From: an uncultured Verrucomicrobiae bacterium
Lineage (GTDB): Bacteria; Verrucomicrobiota; Verrucomicrobiia; Chthoniobacterales; UBA10450
NCBI GenBank assembly: GCA_963801815.1
Contig: CAWDGJ010000002.1
Coordinates: 512,001 to 576,000, forward strand
Direction of reading: 5' to 3'
Length of the DNA: 64,000 bases
A program made the position numbers and the translations under genes. Of the stretch, positions 59,492 to 64,000 are shown piece after piece. How positions within the stretch are numbered: position 1 is the stretch's first letter; each line of letters begins with the position of its first letter. The notes below the pieces were generated by a model. The model did no database searches and had not been told where the DNA came from. It saw only the letters and a program-made list of their open reading frames with translations.

Positions 59492-59941
59492 ATGAAAACA
59501 CATCAACCCGAAGTTTTTGAAACCACGCTGCAGAAAACAAATCTGTGGCTGAGAGAGCTCTGCGATGCATTGCATTGGGACGATCATCAGAAGGCGTATC
59601 ACGGACTGCGCGCAGTGTTGCATGTCCTACGCGATCGCCTGCCAGTTCCAGAAGCAGCGCATCTGGGCGCGCAACTACCGATGCTCGTGCGCGGATTCTA
59701 TTACGAGGATTGGAAGCCCGGCGCGACGCCGACGAAAATCAAAACGCAACAGCAATTTTACGATGCGGTCCGGGAGAAGTTCACGGCCGACCGCAACGAA
59801 AACCCAAAGCGAGTAACGGAAGCTGTGTTGATGCTCCTTTGCGCCAACACTTCACCCGGCGAGTTTGAGAAAGTCTTCGAGATTTTCCCGCCCGAACTGC
59901 GCGAAATTTGGCCGGAATTCAAAGCCGCGATGAGCGTATGA
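59492..59941 (+). CDS. DUF2267 family protein
   Basis: FETTLQKTNLWL, AYHGLRAVLHVLRDRL, HLGAQLPMLVRGFYYEDW.P, PPELREIWP. Confidence 0.88.
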   Translation: MKTHQPEVFETTLQKTNLWLRELCDALHWDDHQKAYHGLRAVLHVLRDRLPVPEAAHLGAQLPMLVRGFYYEDWKPGATPTKIKTQQQFYDAVREKFTADRNENPKRVTEAVLMLLCANTSPGEFEKVFEIFPPELREIWPEFKAAMSV

Positions 59942-60351
59942 CAACAACCGCGCTCATAATTGTGGTGGATCGCGGCCGGCTGAAAGCCTATCGCGTGCGA
60001 GAAACGCCGACGCGTGGGGCGGCACTGGAGTTGGTCCAGGCGTTCGGCATTCCGAACATGAACGATTTATCTCGCACCCACCGTACCACCGCCGCCACCG
60101 ATTGGCCACAGCTCGAAATCGAGGAAACCAGGCGTCTCTGCAAACAACTCGCACACGAAATCACGAGACTTGTGCAACGCGACTTCGGCGAGGGATGGTC
60201 CCTGGCCGCTCCGGAATCCATTTATAACGAAATCATCGACTTTCTACCGATCGAAATTAAACAGCGAATCGTCGAGCACGTCCCAGCTGATCTGGTGAAG
60301 ATCCCAGTGGCGAAACTGCGATCGCATTTTAGATCGCTGCAACCGATCTGA
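59938..60351 (+). CDS. Host attachment protein / baeRF-like family protein
   Basis: LIIVVDRGRLKAY, WSLAAP, I...VPADLVKIP..KL..HF; ATGA overlap with DUF2267. Confidence 0.65.
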   Translation: MTTTALIIVVDRGRLKAYRVRETPTRGAALELVQAFGIPNMNDLSRTHRTTAATDWPQLEIEETRRLCKQLAHEITRLVQRDFGEGWSLAAPESIYNEIIDFLPIEIKQRIVEHVPADLVKIPVAKLRSHFRSLQPI

Positions 60352-60361
60352 TTTTCGCACG

Positions 60362-60397
60362 CCAAAAAATGCCGCGTCTTTAGCAAAAGGCGCGAAG
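60362..60397 (+). promoter_or_regulatory. Island direct-repeat motif, site 9 (tandem USP-esterase operon)
   Basis: cCAAaaaatgccgcgtctttagCAAaaggcgcgAAG; ATG is 44 nt after the second C. Confidence 0.75.
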
Positions 60398-60427
60398 ATC
60401 AGGCTTTCATTCCGGGTACCGTATTGC

Positions 60428-61411
60428 ATGAACACAACATTGGAATCGACCGCGGCGACAACCACGGCTGAAAAACCTCCACTCGTTTCCAAACGCACCG
60501 GCCTCGATCAAAATCGGGCTGGGCGAATCAAAATTGAATCCATTCTGGTGCCGCTCGACTTCTCGCGTCCCGCGATGCAGGCGTTCGATTACGCAGTGAC
60601 TCTCGCAAAGAGGTTCGACGCCCAAGTCGAGCTGCTTCACGTTCAATCACCGGATGAAGCGTGCGCGGTTCCCGGGGCGGGCCATTTGATTCGTGAATGC
60701 GCCGAGAGGGCGACGCTTATTCACAAACGACTCGGTCAACTGGATGGCGCGCAGAAGCCGGAGTTTTGGCCGGAACATTGCCGCATCCGTGCTGGGCATC
60801 CCTACGAGGAAATCTGCAAGGTCGCGCGCGAATTGAATGTCGATCTGATTGTGCTCGGGTCGCGAGGAAATACTGGATTGAAGCGTGTTCTCCTCGGAAG
60901 CACGGCCGAACGGGTCGTGCGGTTTGCGCCGTGCCCGGTGTTGGTGGTGCGCAAATGGAAACGAACGAACCCGATTCGAAGAATCCTTGTGCCGACCGAT
61001 TTCTCCCAATGCGCCCTTGCAGGCGCATTGTACGCGGCGCGGTTGGCCAAGACGTTAAGTGCGACTATGCACCTCTTTAATGTCGTATTTCCAATTTCGC
61101 CGGTCCTAATCGAGCGTGTGGCGGTCAATTTGCCGATCGACAACACCCTGGCGATGCGCGACGCGCGATCGGATATGCAAGCGCTAAGCAAGATTGATTT
61201 GTTCAAAGGTGTAAAATGTCGAGGTGTAGTTCGATCCGGTTATGTCACCGATACGATCCGCAACGAGACCGCAAATGTGGATCTCGTTGTAATGTCGACG
61301 CATGGCCGAACCGGTTGGAGACACGCCGTCATTGGCAGTGTCGCGGAGCAGATTGTTCGCTACGCCAAATGCCCCGTGCTGGTGGTGCCAAGCCATTGCG
61401 CGATGTCATAA
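60428..61411 (+). CDS. Tandem-domain universal stress protein
   Basis: ILVPLDFS...GSRGNTG...GSTAERVVRFAPCPVLVV and ILVPTDFS...STHGRTG...GSVAEQIVR. Confidence 0.93.
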   Translation: MNTTLESTAATTTAEKPPLVSKRTGLDQNRAGRIKIESILVPLDFSRPAMQAFDYAVTLAKRFDAQVELLHVQSPDEACAVPGAGHLIRECAERATLIHKRLGQLDGAQKPEFWPEHCRIRAGHPYEEICKVARELNVDLIVLGSRGNTGLKRVLLGSTAERVVRFAPCPVLVVRKWKRTNPIRRILVPTDFSQCALAGALYAARLAKTLSATMHLFNVVFPISPVLIERVAVNLPIDNTLAMRDARSDMQALSKIDLFKGVKCRGVVRSGYVTDTIRNETANVDLVVMSTHGRTGWRHAVIGSVAEQIVRYAKCPVLVVPSHCAMS

Positions 61412-61417
61412 TACTAT

Positions 61418-62752
61418 ATGCAACAGGATGCCATCGAACTTGTCAGTAAGGCCGCTGAGCCGCTGGTTGGGTCGCCGCATGATTTCGATTCGCTCACCGA
61501 CTTGATCGGTGATGCCCGTTTCGTTTTGATCGGCGAAGCCAGCCACGGCACCCACGAGTTTTATCGAATTCGTGCGCAGATTTCGAAATTGCTGATAGCG
61601 CAAAGCGGATTTCAGGCGGTGGCAGTAGAAGCGGATTGGCCGGATGCCTATCGAATCAATCGATTTGTCCGAGGCGCGGGCAACGATCTCGATAGTGTCG
61701 AAGCGCTAAGCGGGTTTCGACGTTTTCCGCAATGGATGTGGCGCAACGCAGATGTGCTCGATTTTGTGGGTTGGCTCCGCGCACACAACGACGAACAAAC
61801 CTTAGAAGACAGGAAGTGCGGATTTTACGGCCTCGATCTTTACAGTCTACAGGCGTCGATCGAAGCGGTCCTCGCTTATCTCGACAAGGTTGATCCGGTA
61901 GGGGCAAAACAGGCGCGACAGCATTACAGTTGCTTCGAACATTTCGGCAAGGACATCACCGCCTACGGTTACGCCACCAGCTTTCGCATGGCGCCGAGCT
62001 GCGAAGATGCCGTCGTGAAAAACCTGGTCGATCTTCGTCACAAGGCGATGAATTATTTGCAACGCGATGGACAGATCGCGGCCGACGCCTACTTCTGCGC
62101 CGAACAAAACGCGCTAGTTGTTCGAAACGCCGAAGAGTATTATCGAAACATGTTTCGCCGCGAGGTTTCGTCCTGGAACTTGCGCGATACCCACATGATG
62201 GAATCACTCGCCCGTCTAACGAATCACCTGAGTAAAGCCGATTCGCCCGCAAAAGTTATCATCTGGGCGCATAATTCGCACCTTGGCGATGCGCGAGCGA
62301 CCCAAATGGGCGAACGCGGCGAATTAAATCTCGGCCAGCTTGTGCGCGAACATTTCGGTAAACAAGCGGTGTCGATCGGCTTCACAACCTACGACGGAAC
62401 CGTCACAGCCGCGTCGGACTGGGACGGGCCAGCCGAGCGTAAGAATGTGCGACCGGCACATCCGGAAAGTTACGAAGCGTTGTTTCATGATGTCGGTGTT
62501 CCGAATTTCTTTCTCAACCTGCGCGACGATGTCGAGCTTGCATCACATTTGCGTGGCGAACGTCTCGAACGGGCAATCGGCGTGATTTACCGGCCGGACA
62601 CAGAATTGATCAGTCATTACTTTCACGCTCGGTTGGCAGATCAATTCGACGCGATTTTGCACTACGATCACACCCGCGCGGTCGAACCGCTTGAGCGCAC
62701 CACCGAATGGGAATTAGGTGAGGTCGAAGAAACTTTCCCAAGCGGGCTTTGA
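61418..62752 (+). CDS. Erythromycin esterase-like family protein
   Basis: LIGEASHGTHEFY, AVEADWPDA, FPQWMWRN, GLDLYSL, SWNLRD.HM, WAHNSHLGDARAT, LERAIGVIYRP. Confidence 0.92.
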   Translation: MQQDAIELVSKAAEPLVGSPHDFDSLTDLIGDARFVLIGEASHGTHEFYRIRAQISKLLIAQSGFQAVAVEADWPDAYRINRFVRGAGNDLDSVEALSGFRRFPQWMWRNADVLDFVGWLRAHNDEQTLEDRKCGFYGLDLYSLQASIEAVLAYLDKVDPVGAKQARQHYSCFEHFGKDITAYGYATSFRMAPSCEDAVVKNLVDLRHKAMNYLQRDGQIAADAYFCAEQNALVVRNAEEYYRNMFRREVSSWNLRDTHMMESLARLTNHLSKADSPAKVIIWAHNSHLGDARATQMGERGELNLGQLVREHFGKQAVSIGFTTYDGTVTAASDWDGPAERKNVRPAHPESYEALFHDVGVPNFFLNLRDDVELASHLRGERLERAIGVIYRPDTELISHYFHARLADQFDAILHYDHTRAVEPLERTTEWELGEVEETFPSGL

Positions 62753-63576
62753 ACTTTGTGTCCGCATTAAGGTTTCATTTGTTCATTGTCGCTGCTGTCG
62801 CCATCCCGGTGGTTGCTCAAACGCCTTCCGAGCAAAGCAGCCAACTTCCTTCGCAAGCCAAGCCGGTCCAAGGCGTGATCATGCCGGTACCGAAAGAGAT
62901 ATTCCTATCGCTCGACAAATTTCAGGATGCGAACTGGCGAGCTGTGCAGCGTCCTGAAGTTGCCCGCTGGAAATCACACGGAGATCAGATGCAGATCGCG
63001 ACTCTGCTTGGAGTCGTAATGGCCGAAGGTTTCATCGCGACCGAGGCTCAAGACTCGGCCGAAGTAAAAAATCTCGGCAACACCGTGTTGAAGTTGGCGC
63101 GAGGACTCGGCGTGGAAGAGAGCGCTCTTAGACGCAGTCGCAGCATTATGGAACAGGCAGATAAAGGTGACTGGGCGGCGGCGCGCGAAGAGTGGGATGG
63201 TGTCCTGTCAGATCTCGAGAATGGAATGGTTCAGCTTAAGAGCGCTCAACTCACGCAGCTGGTGAGCCTCGGCGGATGGTTGCGCGGGACCGAAGCGCTC
63301 TGCGCACTGATCCTTCAAAATTATTCCCCCGATCGCGCAGAGCTTATTCGGCAACCAGTTCTGGTCGATTATCTGGAAAAACAAATTCTCGGGTTGAATA
63401 CTGAAACAAGAAACCGTCCGATGATTGTAAAGATGCTCACGGGATTACGGAGAATTCGCGCTCTCATCCAAGACGAAAACGGGCCGCCGACAGAGAAGAT
63501 GATCAGAGAGATCGAGGGAATTTCCGAAGAACTGGTCAAGCTTTCGTCACGGCGACCTGCGGAACCCTCAACTTGA
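62749..63576 (+). CDS. Secreted all-alpha hypothetical protein
   Basis: Signal peptide; LGVVMAEGFIA, LVSLGGWLRG; TTGA overlap with the upstream stop. Confidence 0.7.
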   Translation: MNFVSALRFHLFIVAAVAIPVVAQTPSEQSSQLPSQAKPVQGVIMPVPKEIFLSLDKFQDANWRAVQRPEVARWKSHGDQMQIATLLGVVMAEGFIATEAQDSAEVKNLGNTVLKLARGLGVEESALRRSRSIMEQADKGDWAAAREEWDGVLSDLENGMVQLKSAQLTQLVSLGGWLRGTEALCALILQNYSPDRAELIRQPVLVDYLEKQILGLNTETRNRPMIVKMLTGLRRIRALIQDENGPPTEKMIREIEGISEELVKLSSRRPAEPST

Positions 63577-64000
63577 AGTCGCAGAAGAGACCACACCATC
63601 GAATTGAAGTTTTTGTCAGTCGGATCGAGCAACTCTTCAATTCTATGGATCCTTCCCCGTTTCACGAGAGGGATTTGGACCATGACGCTGAAGAATTCAT
63701 CGTCAGCTGGGCACAGGAATTCCCAAGAAAGGATCCAATTTCTTTGCTCGTCCACGTCAACGAATTGCCCGCGGGTGGCGATGTTCAACGCAACGTCGAA
63801 ACGGCTGTGCATCACTATTTCGCGTATCGGGCTAAGCTAAATTGGCTCGACTTTCGTCATCTTCTCAGACGCGGCCGGGTTAGCCTGGTAATCGGGCTGG
63901 CTTTTCTCGGCGCGTGTCTTGTGATGAGCCAACTGTTGTTACGCAAAAGCGAAAGCACGTTGGCGACCGTTCTCCGAGAAAGCCTGACTATTGGCGGCTG
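63573..64000 (+). CDS. Hypothetical membrane protein (partial; runs off the window end)
   Basis: Hand translation from TTG: ...RIEVFVSRIEQLFNSMDPSPFHERDLDHDAEEFIVSWAQE...GRVSLVIGLAFL...RESLTIGG; frame stays open to 64000. Confidence 0.75.
   Translation, partial: MKSQKRPHHRIEVFVSRIEQLFNSMDPSPFHERDLDHDAEEFIVSWAQEFPRKDPISLLVHVNELPAGGDVQRNVETAVHHYFAYRAKLNWLDFRHLLRRGRVSLVIGLAFLGACLVMSQLLLRKSESTLATVLRESLTIGG

Noticed and set aside
61418..62752. Erythromycin resistance gene (ere)
   Set aside because: Motifs and USP/PRTase context fit the widespread stress-associated esterase-like subfamily; there is no mobile or resistance context.

Overview
Bacterial chromosomal window, probably from a soil Verrucomicrobiota (Chthoniobacterales-like) genome; the taxonomy is inferred from gene content only. 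Bases 1-44,250 are mostly core genes: aspS (partial), hisS, galE, mscL, leuS, rdgB, exbB-exbD-tonB-exbD, a SahR-like regulator divergent from metK-ahcY, glpX, mqnC, bamA-skp, lipB and ruvC. This part also holds a UBact-prcB-prcA 20S proteasome operon whose 58-aa UBact gene is missing from the ORF track. From about 44,290 to the end lies a stress/dormancy island: four universal stress protein genes, Hsp20, CBS, CHAD, phosphoribosyltransferase, alpha/beta hydrolase, erythromycin-esterase-like, LOG, host-attachment (baeRF-like) protein, a P1B-4 ATPase and two paralogous PocR-AraC regulators. The main discovery is nine copies of a 21-bp-periodic direct-repeat motif (CAANAWNYG-N12-CAA) upstream of the island's transcription units, at a near-constant distance from -10-like hexamers and from several start codons. 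This suggests an undescribed PocR-AraC-controlled regulon whose gene content resembles the mycobacterial DosR regulon. Also found: two unannotated 27-aa membrane peptides ahead of the ATPase, a 22-aa peptide sharing DQELDI with a cNMP-domain protein, a CruR/CutF-like RAHAPP leader protein, REP-like and heptamer inverted-repeat elements, and four +1 frameshifts that are probably sequencing errors. No rRNA, tRNA, CRISPR array, integrase or transposase was recognised.
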